Source: Podarcis gaigeae (taxonomy: Eukaryota). Taken from it: 64,000 nt of DNA. The first letter of the stretch is position 1, and each line of letters begins with the position of its first letter. The translations under genes were made by a program, and so were the position numbers. The notes under the pieces are model-generated. The model made no database searches. It worked only from the letters and a program-made list of their open reading frames with translations, and was not told the origin of the DNA. This document shows, one piece after another, positions 1 through 12,668 of the stretch. The stretch lies in the NCBI GenBank assembly GCA_964106915.2, contig OZ066917.1; one strand, given 5' to 3'.

Positions 1-2305
1 TCTGTATTATTTCAAGTTTTTCTGTAAGTCCTTTGTATTTTAAATTTCGCTAGCATGTAATTAAATCTTGCTCTTCAAGTACTATGAAACTTCCTGTCCC
101 CTTCAGTCTAAACTTTGCTCAACTATTGTTGCTCCAATCCGGAGCAGAAGGGTGTTCTACTCATTCCCCTATTCCTGACCACTGTGCACCTTATCAGAGT
201 GTGAGGGTGGAGACTTCCTTCTCTCTTCAATTTGTCTATATGCATCGTTGTCAGCAATGCTGCTGGGGCAGGTGGGCAGTAGACTGGAAACTGTGATTTA
301 TTGAAAAAAGATGGTTCAGGAGAAGAGGAGGGGACCCTGCATCCTTTTAACGTATTTTATGTGTGAGGGCCAACTGATTGGTTGGTGACTGCAGGAAGTT
401 AAGGTTAGAGTTTCTTTTCCTCTGGTACAACTGCTATCTGAAGTATTGCTTGAGGTTCAGATTCCCAAACAGACCACCTGACAACACTGCTTATAATTCC
501 CCACAATAATAACTGTACTTACTATGCAGTCTCAAGAAATTGGATCTAAGCATATATCTTATTTAATGTTTATCCAGTCTTGACCTTGATTGTCTGCTAC
601 CACTTTCATGCCCAACATTGCTTGGGAGCTCAAGGAAATCAGTGCAGCTTTGAAAGGGTCAGTCCACCACCTTCATCAAAAAAATTGCCACTGTATCTAA
701 ATAAACGTAGATGAAAACCCGTTCCTTGATTTCAGGAGCCATCATGCAAAAATTGGTCATGATATCCAAATGCACATGGTGTTCAAATGCATAGTGAACA
801 GACAAACAACTATCAAAAATATATAGTAAATAATGTTAAGAATTCTACTCAATATTGATCCAGAGCAGAACTCCAACATATAGTTTGCAGAGTAAAAGAC
901 TTAGCACATTGCAGGATTCCCCCCAAAATAGGCCAGAGGCAATTGTATTTCTTCCAGCAGAGTTTACTACTGTTACTGAAGGTAAATGAACATAATGGTC
1001 ACAAATTGGCACTGCCCATAAGAAATCCAGTTGTAGCTGACTTAACCTAAACTTACAATAACTTATAATAAGACTAAAACCTGAACACTAAGTATACTTT
1101 GTATACACCACACCAGAAGGAAAGAAAGACAGAAAGTGAAACTCAGGCTCCTTCTGGCCTGTTATTATAGTCAGCATGAGCTTAAGGGAAAAAGATAACA
1201 GAACCAGTCCAAACCAGCTGTTCAGCTTCTCTGAAGGAATAACCCAAATATCAGGAACCTCCTGCCTGTTTTCTAGGCAGAATAGAAACTTAATTTGTGG
1301 GCTGGAAACTTCCAGCTTGCACTAGCTTACATGACACAAAGAAGCTTCCAGAACCCTCTTGAATAAATTAGAATAGGAAAGATCTCTGCACATCAGAGCA
1401 ATACTTTCTTCACCAAAAAAATGCAAACTGACAGATAACTGGTCAGAAAGTTAAAAAAGGGAAGTCAGCTTTCCAAACACTTTTTGGAGCTGTTCAGCTA
1501 TAGTTTGCTTGATTTCTGTGACTCATAGTGTTTATTTGTCCAATATGCAATTGTGTGTTTTTCTAGTTTTTGGCCACAGATAGCTTTGCTACTAATATAA
1601 CATGCTAATTGAAATATATTCACAACTGCAGAAACCTACTTCTTTCCATCCACCTTATTAACAGTATCTCAAACAGAGGAATGTTAGGACCCTTCTACAA
1701 GCAAAGTTATGCCTTTCAAACAGAACTACTTATCCTTTTTGCAGATGCATCAAGTATGCACTGGAGTGATGCACCATCTGCTCATAATTTTATAGGTAAT
1801 TTTGTTTAACAAGCCACTTAGCAAAACAAAGGCATTCTGGAGCCTTTGAGATCTAGCTACCACATGCGTGGTGTCAAAGTACACACCACAGGAGCAGAGA
1901 AGAGTTCGCCTCTGGTAGGTGAGACAGGAAGCCACACAATTATTTTAGGTCAGCATCTGTTTATTATCTAGATTCTAGAACACAGGCCTGGGTGTCCTAA
2001 TCAGTAGGGAATTTAGTGCTTCTGATACATAAAAGGAACTCCATTTCGCCATGAGCTGAGGTGCAACTTAAATAAAGTTTTGCACAATCAAGTCATAATA
2101 CAGTTGCCTTCAATTGCGGACAGGAATAAAGCTCTATCTTGGTCTGATCATGATCGTTGTGTGCTGATTTATCTAGGTGAAGAGTATATGAGTATCACAA
2201 ATGGACAAAGCAGACTGGAAAATAAAGGAGCTCTTTAGCTGCTTTAATTACTTATAGGCAGTCTTCTAGTCTCCTCATGAGTAATATAGCATAGGTACTA
2301 AATTG

Positions 2306-2437
2306 GACAGTGTTCTCGAAGCTACCAACATGAGTCTGACCAAACTGCGGGAGGCAGTGGAAGACAGGAGTGCCTGGCGTGCTCTGGTCCTTGGGGTCAC
2401 GAAGAGTCGGACATGACTAAATGACTAAACAACAACA
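2306..2437 (+). mobile_element. Bov-B (RTE) LINE 3' fragment
   Basis: ggggtcacgaagagtcggacatgactaaa...(caa)n tail; TSD actaaattg at 2297-2305 and 2438-2446. Confidence 0.85.
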
Positions 2438-2880
2438 ACTAAATTGCGGGGGGGGGAGGGTTATGATTGTTGATGGATGATGGACCCTGAGGTGAAGGAA
2501 TCCGTGGTGTGATGGAGACAGGGCTTCATACCACAGCCCATTTTTAAGGGGTTCCTACCCATGTTGGACTGAGCAATGGCTGGCACTCTTTCAGTCAGTC
2601 AGAGCACAGGTTACAGATAAAGCGGTCCTTGATTCAGCACCAGGAGTGGATAGCTTTGATGGTTTTCTCACCCAGGAGGTGTCCTGATCAAAGCAGAGAA
2701 TGCTGGTCAGTTGGAGATGATAAGTCATAGCAGCAACCTTCAGAGGTTAAGCTGGAGATGCCCTCCAAGATGAAGTTGAGCTTTCAAAAATTGAACTTGT
2801 GAAACTTCAGCCAGAGTGCCTAGTAAGCCCAGACCGGTAGATCCTCCACTGAAGGCTAGCATACATATATATTTCCATAT

Positions 2881-2904
2881 CATCATCATCATCATCATCA
2901 TCAT
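2881..2904. repeat. (CAT)8 microsatellite
   Basis: Direct read. Confidence 0.9.
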
Positions 2905-4075
2905 CAGTAGTATATTAAAACCCACCCTTCAAACCTAAGGTTCCCTTGGCAGTACACAACGTTTAATTTAAATACCATCTTGCCAAATACCCACATTTCT
3001 TTTTCTTCTTGCTATTTTACCTGATTTGTCTGCTGATTTATTTTTAATTTTCATCATGACTGCAATATGTTGGCCTTAATGGACACTTCATTTCTCAAAT
3101 TCTCAGTCCAAGAGCCATTTTCAGGCATAACACAGAGCTGTGTATGCATACGTAAATTCTAACCTGAACATCTTAGTCTCGCGTGGGATGGCAGTTTCAT
3201 AGACACATCTATTTTACTGATTTCTCTTAGGAAGAACTAGAGTGATAAATTCTGTGTGCTTTGCTGTAAGCTGCAGTTCACCAGAGAATTATGTAAGGGC
3301 AGCAAACCTGTTTCACTTTTCTTCAAGCCACTCATGACTGATTTGCAGATAGGAACCTGCATCATCTTATGTGGCCTAAACACTTTCTCAAAAATCAGAA
3401 CTGACTGCTGGGAATTGTAGCTCTCTGAGTGGAAGAGGGGTCTCCTAACAAGTCTCAGCACCTTTAACAAACCACAGTTCCATGAATTCTTTGGGGGAAT
3501 CCATGACTGTTTAAAGTGGCATCATAGGGAAATGATTTTCTTCATGAGCATAAATCACTCCATGAATGAGCAAAGCCAACAGGTGTAGTGTCAGCCGATC
3601 AAGTTGTTATGGTAATGGCCCAGTGCCGACTATATAAGTGATGAAGGCATGTCAGCTCATCTGTCTGGGGTCTTGTGCTGTGTGTGTCGGGGTCAGTCTT
3701 GTGAAGTGAGTGAGTCTGTCTGTGATCCATCTTGAATTGCCGGAACAACAGAGATATTTTGTAATTGCATGTTTATATCTGCAAAAGTCTACAAGTTGGA
3801 TGTAACAATATCAGGAACTGTTTTATTGAGCCTTATCTTCTGCAGCAGAAGATAAGGCCCTTTTGGACCTTAAGCTGCCTCTGTGTAGTGACTGGAACTG
3901 GGGACAACTTCCACTGCATGGGTATCTCACCTCAGATTCCCAACATTATCTAGGTATGACAGACATTTAGTATCATCTACTGACACAAGATTACAATGCA
4001 GAGTGTTGGCAATGGGGGAGTATATTTTAAAAGCAAGCTGCACCATGATATGATGCACAAGTGGTCATTGTTTAA

Positions 4076-4213
4076 CATGGGTAGCCATCATGTTGCCCTC
4101 CAGTAGTTGCTGGACTACAACTCCTATCAGACCCAGCCAATATGGCCAGCGTTCAGGAATGAAGGGAGTTGGAGTCCATGAACATGTGGAGGTCACCCTG
4201 TTGTTGATTCTTG
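4076..4213. mobile_element. Degenerate lizard hAT-type MITE (ctacaactccca family)
   Basis: Internal inverted ggactacaactcc / ggagttggagtcc; similar to copies near 9350, 21021/23630 and 23889. Confidence 0.6.
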
Positions 4214-4344
4214 ATTTAACAGTTAATTATCCACTGGAGGCTAGGATACTTGTGTATATTTCTTTATGAAGGAATTTAAAGGCAAATAAGCATGCACATT
4301 CTGTCCACAATTTGCTAATTGAATGGTGTTTCTTTGTCTTTCAG

Positions 4345-4461
4345 AATGTCGGGTAGTGAAATCCACTTCCTATACCAAAATAGCTTCAACACCACGTAGG
4401 AGCACTACCAAGAGTCCTGGTCCGTCTAGACGCAGCAAATCTCCAGCATCCACCAGCTCAG
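4345..4461 (+). CDS. DCLK1: DCLK1 exon (long/DCL isoforms), start of Ser/Pro-rich linker: (E)[38 protein letters not shown](V)
   Basis: tttcag acceptor, G|gtaaag donor, 117 nt, phase 1-1; peptide near-identical to mammalian DCLK1 as I recall it. Confidence 0.96.
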
Positions 4462-5149
4462 GTAAAGGAATCTATGTAACTTTACATAAATACACTATTG
4501 AAGGCAAACTTTCAAGGGCCTGCTTAGCATAGTTGCTCCAGGCTTCATAAACTGTGGTTCATAAAGCTGGGAATTGGCAGTGCTCCTTCTCACCTTGAAC
4601 ACCGCTTCATTTCTGGGTTGTATTAAACCACAGTTTCTTGTTACATCTGAAGTGGGGAACTCAGATTTAACTGATATTAAAAACTGGAATAATGTAACTT
4701 AAAATATCAGAATCAGCCTGTTAAGGATTTCATATCAGTGTTCATTTATATGTACTTTTTATTCAGTTGTAATAAATTATTTTGGTTATGTAGGTTTTAC
4801 TTCTGAATTGTTTTTATGTTGGTTGTTTGTATTTAACTGCATTTAACTAGAGTTCCCTGGTTTGGACGTAACTGAGAACTCAGGCTTAATGCAAGACAAA
4901 AAGGAAGTACTTGGTCCTGCTGCCCATTGCTGGCTATGTAGGCCATAAAACATCACTCAAACCAGGCCAGTGTCTCTATTTTTGTTAACATATGACTGGT
5001 TTTGGTGTGGGAAGGTAATTTCCTTGCATATTCAGAATATTACATAGTATAATATATTTTTGTTGTTGCTGTATGGACTGTCATTTCTGTTGTTGATTTC
5101 TGGGCTTGTTACAATTATTGTTGTTTACCTGTCAGTTTTATGCACTGAC

Positions 5150-5208
5150 AGGATGCTGGACTAAATGGGCCACTAGCATGATCCAAAAAGCTTTTCTTAT
5201 GTTCTTAT
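5150..5208 (+). mobile_element. CR1 LINE extreme 3' end
   Basis: gatgctggactaaatgggcc...tcttatgttcttat tail. Confidence 0.65.
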
Positions 5209-6118
5209 AAATTTGATTATTGGCCATGCCAGTCTTAAAACTGTGTGTAACCATGAAAACAGAAATGAACAAAATATACATCTTCATAGAACTGGCACTC
5301 CTCACATTTAAGTTGTGATTATTCTTTTAAAAGCATACATTTATTTTCATGCCATCCTAAAACACATTTCTCAAAACACGGGTCTAGAAAAAAACCTCTG
5401 TTTTCCCTGTTTTCTCCTTATACACTGCTTGTGTTTGTATATAGGTTGGGACAGTGAGTTAACAGTGCACCATTGCCTTAAGATCAACTTCCCATTCAGA
5501 CTCTTCCCTTAGCCTAGTATAAGTCTTCCTGCAGGTGGGGCACCATTGCCATTCTAAGAGAACAAGGGAGAAGTTCATGGTCAGCTCCGGCACCTATTTT
5601 TCTTTTTTAAAAAACGGCAGAGCCAAAAAGGTAGAGCCAAATTCATTAGTCAAGGTTCAATAGGCTGCAGTTCCTTGGGAAGCTGAGCGATTTACTTGAC
5701 TACAGTTTTGTTGCCAAATGGTCTACAAATCACAAAGCTTTCCACACCTTCCTTGTATATTTGAATAGGCTGGGATGTAGTCCCCTGATACTTGATACAA
5801 TACTTGTAGCTGTCCTAGAGATGTCAAGATTAATTTTCACCACTGCTGTTTTTGGACATTTTCACGTCAGTCAAAACTGAACCATGTCAAAATTTATACT
5901 GTGTCTTGAGGACATAATTAATTGGGTGATATATAAATACCATAAATAAACGGTGTACTCTGCTCTCCCTCCTGGCTCTGGACTAGAGACCATTTTTAAT
6001 AATATAAAGAGGGAAGGGATATATGAAATAAATTCTGTGCAAAGCAACTGCTTTGTGTGATAGCTCCATGGTAAGACCAGCACCAAATGGATTTATTTTT
6101 AAATGGTATCCTGCATTG

Positions 6119-6194
6119 AAGACAGGAGTGCCTGGCGTGCCCTGGTCCATGGGGTCACGAAGAGTCGGACACGACTAAACGACTAAACAACAAC
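6119..6194 (+). mobile_element. Bov-B LINE 3' fragment
   Basis: Same 3' sequence as the 2306 copy; TSD atcctgcattg/atcctacattg. Confidence 0.85.
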
Positions 6195-6393
6195 ATCCTA
6201 CATTGTCTTAAAAGTAATAACTGTGAAATATTTATTACAGTATATAACAACATATAGCCATTAGTTTATATGATTGCAAGATGCGAGTTGTCATGGAATA
6301 CCTTGAACTGATCACAATAGTTTTCATATTTTTAATGTGGGTGGATGATTAAATTTAAATATGGCTAAATTTAAATATGGCTAAGTGTATAGC

Positions 6394-6495
6394 TTTGACC
6401 AAACTGTGGGAGGCAGTGGAAGACAGGAGTGCCTGGCGTGCTCTGGTCCATGGGGTCACGAAGAGTCGGACATGACTAAACAACTAAACAACAAC
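6394..6495 (+). mobile_element. Bov-B LINE 3' fragment
   Basis: TSD aagtgtatagc at 6383-6393 and 6496-6506. Confidence 0.85.
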
Positions 6496-7232
6496 AAGTG
6501 TATAGCATAGATTTTAAACAGGGCTATAAAACTATTATTAGTTTGTTCAGTTGATTTCCTTCTGCTGCAGTGGATTGGCTGATCTGTAAAACAGAATCTC
6601 CAGCTGTTTCTCCTGATAGTGGTTTGTTTCCACCAGTTTCCACATTCTGTCCTTGATCCCACAAAAAATCATCATGGCCAAGTCCCAGTGAAACCAATGA
6701 CATAAACTAATCAATCCCGGTGCTTTTAATTGAATTTTGTCATGAGCTGTACCTGGACCCATATATTTTTTGCACTATGGTATTGTGCCTTTGCTAGTGA
6801 AGGGATTACCCCTCATTGAGTGGGATAAAGTTAAATAAAGTACAATTTTGTTTCCAGTTGTGCCTCAGCTTTAATTTATACCCAGAACTGGGAATAAGTT
6901 GCTTCAGGAACCCTAACATCAAGAATCCTCACTGCAGATTCATGGTATATGCTACCGCTCATAAAGATTCCCTGAATTCACATCTGATTTATACAGGGAA
7001 TGATCAAGGCTGTATCTCCTCAGCATCAGTCATGTTGCCCACTCCCATCTCTACTGAGGGAGTTTGTCAGATGCCTGTCCCCCAAGAAGAGACCGTTATT
7101 CAGTGGAAGAATGCATGCTTTGCAGTTCTAGGCATTATCACCACCACCATCTCTTTTGCCCTTTAACTATCTGTGGCCTTTTAGAAGTGGCCAGGATGTT
7201 TTTAATGTATTCCCTATCCCCTTGGTTTAAAA

Positions 7233-7594
7233 GGGGCGCAGGTGGCGCTGTGGGTAAAACCTCAGTGCCTAGGACTTGCCGATCGTATGGTCGGCGGTTC
7301 GAATCCCTGCGGCGGGGTGAGCTCCCGTCGTTTGGTCCCAGCTCCTGCCCACCTAGCAGTTCGAAGCACCCCTAAGTGCAAGTAGATAAATAGGGACCGC
7401 TTACCAGCGGGAAGGTAAATGGCGTTCCGTGTGCTGCTCTGGTGCTGGTTTGCCGGAGCAGCTTCGTCACGCTGGCCACGTGACCCGGAAGTGTCTTCAG
7501 ACGGCGCTGGCTCACGGCCTCTAGAGCGAGATGAGCATGCAACCCTAGAGTCGGACATGACTGGCCCGTATGGGCAGGGGTACCTTTACCTTTT
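7233..7594 (+). mobile_element. Full-length Sauria SINE (lacertid/POM-type)
   Basis: tRNA-like head with B box ggttcgaatcc, (accttt)n tail; perfect 17-bp TSD tatccccttggtttaaa at 7215-7231 and 7595-7611. Confidence 0.92.
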
Positions 7595-8435
7595 TATCCC
7601 CTTGGTTTAAATGTACCTGTGCGGGTTTTGTTTGGTTAGTTTGTTGAAAGTCACTCTGGGTTAAAAGTGACAACAAATTTAATAAACAATAATATCCAGT
7701 TAAAAGGGTGACTTAGCAGGTGATGGTGAACACCTTTTCTAAGACTTCTGAGGGCAACTCCCAGTGACAGTAAACAATACTGCATTAGATGGGTATTTAG
7801 TCTGATCTGCGGCAGAGGAAGCTTCCTGGCTGAGTCAGACCAGTGTGTCCATCGAGCTCATCATACATTCTCTACTTTGTACCAACCCCTGGCTATGGAG
7901 ACATCTCAGGTTTCCCAATGTTTATATGGATCTGAGCCCAGATATTGGCTTTCTAAAATCAGGGGCACTTTACGGTTGGGGACCATTCAAACATTCATCC
8001 TCCACCATCACCTGTATTCTGAGATGATACATTCCCATAACCTAGTGGTGGACCTTGGGGGGTCTCAGATTTCAATGGCACCCTGTGCAATGCCAAAGTT
8101 CAGAGCGCCCGCCCCACTTCTCACGCTCCATTCTAAATCATAGTTGCGGCATCTCTTGTGGTGCCCCCGAGGCTCAGAGCACAGTATGACCAAACCCTTC
8201 ACACACCCTTAAATCTGCCTATGCATAACCTGTCTGCCATGTTACAAAATCTGAATGTCTAGATTGGTCCTGATCAGCTCAGAACATAGGCTTAGCTGTG
8301 AGCTACACAAGCTGTCTTGTGGGTCTTTTGCTGTAACATCACACACAAAACAAAACATGTTGCAGAATACTCTTGGCATACATAGTTAGGTACAAGGATG
8401 TCATCTGTGTCATTTAAGGTAATGGTTGTTGTGCA

Positions 8436-8635
8436 AAATAAAAAAAAATCCTTCCAGTAGCACCTTAGAGACCAACTAAATTTGTTCTTGGTATGAGCTT
8501 TTGTGTGCATGCACACTTCTTCAGATACACTGAAATAGAAGTCACCAGACCCTTACATACAGTGAGAGGGTGGGGAGGGGTATTACTCAGAAGGATGGTG
8601 GGAATGGGTGATTGGCTGATAGGTGTGGTAAACAC
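8436..8635 (-). mobile_element. Penelope-like element fragment with mutated minimal hammerhead motif
   Basis: Shares sequence with 12669-12883; TSD ttgttgtgca at 8426-8435 and 8636-8645; minus-strand GTAT-CTGAAGA-A-GTGTGCATGCACAC-AAAAGCTC-ATAC at 8491-8528. Confidence 0.75.
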
Positions 8636-9587
8636 TTGTTGTGCACTTCGCTTTCATTATTATACTTTAAAAAGAAATTTTTTTTAATTATTATTATTAT
8701 TATTTTGCTTAAACACATTTCACTTTATTCCCCTTAGCACCTTGGCCCCCACCTTTTGTCTCTATTGTGTCTGGCAACCCATTTTAGTAAATAAGCAACA
8801 GCAACTGAACAGGCATGTTTTAGCAGAAGTACAAAATGTTCTCCCCTCTAACTAGCAGTTGTTAAAAAGCAATATAATTTTAGTACAATGTGCTGCCGCT
8901 GCTTTTTTCTAAGAAAACTGGCAGATTATCCTAGGAAATAAATATGTGCTTTTAAATATGTATTGTTGGGCCCTGCTGTGAAGGTTGAGGTGTCACTGTT
9001 TTAGAGCCATAGTTTCCAACTTAGTGTGTTGTGACATAAATGTTTACAACTTTAAATTAAAACCCTACAATACAAGGAAATTTAGTAAGCAGACTGTCAT
9101 GTTCCTACATCCTCCATTTAAGTTGCTCTTTGGTCTGAAAATGTCAGAGACCCAGAATGAGCATAAATCAATACAAAGGATTTTATTTTGGCTTTAAGTA
9201 TTTACTGTCATCCTTGGTGAGTAAGACTTCAACATAACTGGTAAGGCAAGCAAGAAGGCTTTGTCTCCTGGCTAGTAACTACCTATCCCAAATAACTACA
9301 CTGAGGTCAGTGTATGATAGAGAAGTATGTGGCCTCAGGTGCACCCCCAAGGCAGCCTTCATATCGTGCCATGCTGGCTTGGATTGTTGGGAGTTGTAGT
9401 CCATAACATCTAGGGACACCAGGCTGGGGAAAATGTACTACCAACAAATTCAGTTCCAACAAATGCCACTTTCTCTACACTTCTCTTTGCCTGCAGTTTG
9501 GAAACTGGAGTGGCAATCAGTATCTGACAGTGGAGGAGTCGACGGGGTGTTTCGCCTGAAGGCTGACCATTGCTGATGCCTGTTTCC

Positions 9588-9588
<1 letters not shown>

Positions 9589-9620
<32 letters not shown>
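9589..9620. repeat. (AC)n microsatellite
   Basis: Direct read. Confidence 0.9.
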
Positions 9621-9625
<5 letters not shown>

Positions 9626-10879
9626 CACACAGCTTTTAATCCAAGTGGAATATCTGTGAAGGAACCTGAACGCAAAAACATTGTCAGAATGCAAAATCTG
9701 TGTGCATTTTGCACCTACAAACTACTATGGAACTACAAGGTTCTGTAGGGTGCAGTGCTAAAATACTTCTTGAAAAAGACATGTACTAGTTCTTAGTTGT
9801 CTCAGAGCACCACTGAGAGTGTTGGCATTACCTAATAAATATGGCTTTCCTTAGCATACAGGTCCTTGAAAACTGGAGATGAGGGATTGGTCTCTGTGCT
9901 GGTTTTCCTGATGGAATGATAACCATAAAACTCATTTTCCAATACCTCTTTCCATTGGTTTTTAGTAAAGTGGTGATATCAGGCTGAGTGAGAAAGGAGG
10001 GGAATCCACCATATAATCCGTAGTATACTACATGGGTACCTTTAGTTCACCTAGCCCCAAACTGTTATTTGGTGGCACTCTCTGGGCACTAAAATGTTTC
10101 CCAGTCTTGCTACCTGAGAATATTTGAAATTGGAGACGATGGAGAAAGAACCTGTATGAATTGGTCTTATTCTGCACCCTGGGTGGCATGATACTGTAAT
10201 TGTCTTCAAAGGCATATTGTAGTCTCATTCAGGATCCTCAAAGGAGTGTTAGAGGTTTTCTATGTGCAACATGTATGTGTGGCACCAGATGAACTTAAAG
10301 AAAGAGAAATTATGTACAAGCCCAGGGTGTCTATAATCTTGGTAGTAATGTTTTGCTGGCTGGAATGCTTCTATCTTTCATCCTTTACTAGACTAGCCTG
10401 CCTCTTAAAAATCCACGTGTAGGTGTACTCCTCCACTCCATTTAATACCACTGATGAATGAGTGCTGATTCACAATCCTTTGTCCTTGGCATCCATTCAC
10501 TCAAAATCCTGTTTTCATGCTTGTGAAAAACAAGAGACTTCCCAAAGCACAGGTTAAACCTTTCCTCATCATTCTAGCTGACATTGTCTGATAACTACAT
10601 GCCTTTCCCACACCACAGCCAATGCATGGGAAGAAATAGGCTTTCAAGGATGAGCGCTAACATATAGCAGAATTTGTAACCATTAGTTACCATGCCAATC
10701 CCTTTTCTTGTCTCAGCTGAAGAAAGAATGTATCGCGCACTAGCATCTCGGGACCGGTGTTTATCACTCTGAATATATGGCAGATGGGGGCGGGAACGCC
10801 TTCTCCACCCCACAAACCTCTAAAAATCCAGTTTTCTCTGATGGGTTTAGCAGTTGCGAGACTGCCAGTCAGCTGTGGC

Positions 10880-11300
10880 TTTACAAGAGTTATTGTCATT
10901 GTGATTTTCGCATGAGTCATTTAGTATATTGCCCCCAAAGGTACCTCATTATGATTCAGTGTGCAGCATGTAAGATGGTTAAGGCTTTGGGGCTTCGCCG
11001 ATCAGAGTGGGGGCTGCAGTTGCTCAGCATTCTGAAGTCGCGGCATTGTGCTTCATTGACACCTTTGATGTAGCCCCTAAGACAGCACCTGCACCTCCCA
11101 CTGCTGCTCAGAAGACGTCAGCCTTACGCAGAAAAGGCTTCGGCTTATGAATCCTGCATCTCATTCAGCTCTCGCTGTGAGCAGCTTTGGCTATCCTTAA
11201 CTAATCCCAGCGCTTCCCATTTCTGCTGCTGCTTGGGTGTAGTACAAAGGGAAACGTTTTCCTGCTTGGCATTATCTGATTAAACACTAAGTCTGTGTCC
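10880..11300 (+). promoter_or_regulatory. DCLK1: Putative internal promoter/5'UTR of short DCLK1 isoforms (DCLK-short/CPG16, CARP)
   Basis: Directly upstream of the MLELIE start exon; TGAGTCA (AP-1) at 10913-10919, CRE-like AGACGTCA at 11113-11120; TSS cannot be placed from sequence. Confidence 0.6.
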
Positions 11301-11319
11301 ATGTTAGAACTCATAGAAG
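11301..11319 (+). CDS. DCLK1: Alternative first coding exon MLELIE(V) of DCLK-short/CARP
   Basis: ATG TTA GAA CTC ATA GAA G|gtaagt; matches the known N-terminus of short DCLK1 isoforms; phase 1 joins exon 12191. Confidence 0.95.
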
Positions 11320-12190
11320 GTAAGTTAAATGCCTTATTACTATCCTGACATGTAAATATTAATACAAGGTGGAGAGTTCGGATGCCTGGTAGTTGCCGCT
11401 ACCCACCCCCTTTCCTGTTGCTGATGAATATGGATTGTAACCTAGCAGTGGTATGTCTGAGGAGACATTTTATTCCGTAGCATTTCTCTTTCTATCTATG
11501 TGATTTTTCACTACATTGTTGGCATCCTTTGCTTAGGTGCTCTGTGCTGTGCCTTCTGTCTCTGCCAGGTTTTTGCTCTTTGTTTTACAGCAGATTTTAT
11601 GGAAATAGAAAAGGCTACTCGTAACAAGTGTTTCCACCATTTAAAAGAGCCATTCATATTTAGAGGAGAGTAACTGAGGTGTATTGGGCAACATTGTTAG
11701 AAATGGCAGAACCCATAATGCTTGGGTCAAAGGTGCTATGTAGACACTTCTGCAAGGTAGTGACCTATCAGTACCAACACTGTTTTGATATTGTCTATAA
11801 TATAGCAGGGATCTTAAATTTCTAATAGATTAAGAAACATATATAAAGCAAGGAATGGAAGAGATTTTATGCAGGCAGCAGCAGGGTGGGGAAAGCATAT
11901 GGCTCTGCATCTTTTTGCATGAACAAGCACTCCATAGTTGAGTACAATAATTTTAATTTCATCGGTGTTGAGGCCACACAATGAATACCAATTGGTTGAT
12001 CACTCGTCTAAGCACAATGTAAGGCAGGCTAGTATTGAATCATAATGTGGAGTGTGCTTGCTTGAGAGCTACTTTATTTAATGCTTATAATATAAGAAAT
12101 AAGTGGTTAATATGAATCATGTTTGTTGCACGTTGCATAGTTGTTTGCTCCAACGATGCTCATATCTAATCTATTTGTTTGTCCTTCTAG

Positions 12191-12285
12191 TTAATGGAAC
12201 TCCTGGTAGCCAGCTTTCTACTCCCCGCTCTGGGAAGTCTCCAAGCCCTTCTCCCACCAGCCCAGGAAGCCTGCGGAAACAGAGG
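12191..12285 (+). CDS. DCLK1: Shared SP-rich exon (V)[31 protein letters not shown]
   Basis: ttctag acceptor, AGG|gtaagg donor, 95 nt, phase 1-0. Confidence 0.97.
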
Positions 12286-12668
12286 GTAAGGAAACTTGTG
12301 GTTATTAAGAGTGTCCAAGAGAATACCTTGATACTAAATAGCTTAATCTGTTGCAGTGGTTTTCAAACTTTATTCATTTAGGGATCTGCTGAGAAATCCC
12401 TTGGGATAGGGAATTCCCCACCCCAACCCAATGCTTTGCTTGGCCTTCTGCTCTGCCCTATTTCCATATCCCATCCTCTGGAAAATTTCATTAATTGTCT
12501 CAGGACCTGATGTACTTGCTCATTTTGGAGCCTCCCATTTGTTCCCATTAATACTGTTCCCCCACCCTGCACCGATAAGCAGAAACAATTGTGTGCATTG
12601 AAACACTGGGTGCAATATTTTTGAGCATATGCTCTCATATATATGAATGTTTGCCTAGAACTCTGAGA

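Noticed and set aside
4462-4480. Possible 15-nt donor extension equivalent to the DCX insert
   Set aside because: The next GT is 14 nt in (frameshift) and the peptide does not resemble GNDQD
7233-7320. tRNA-like A/B boxes
   Set aside because: SINE head, not a tRNA gene
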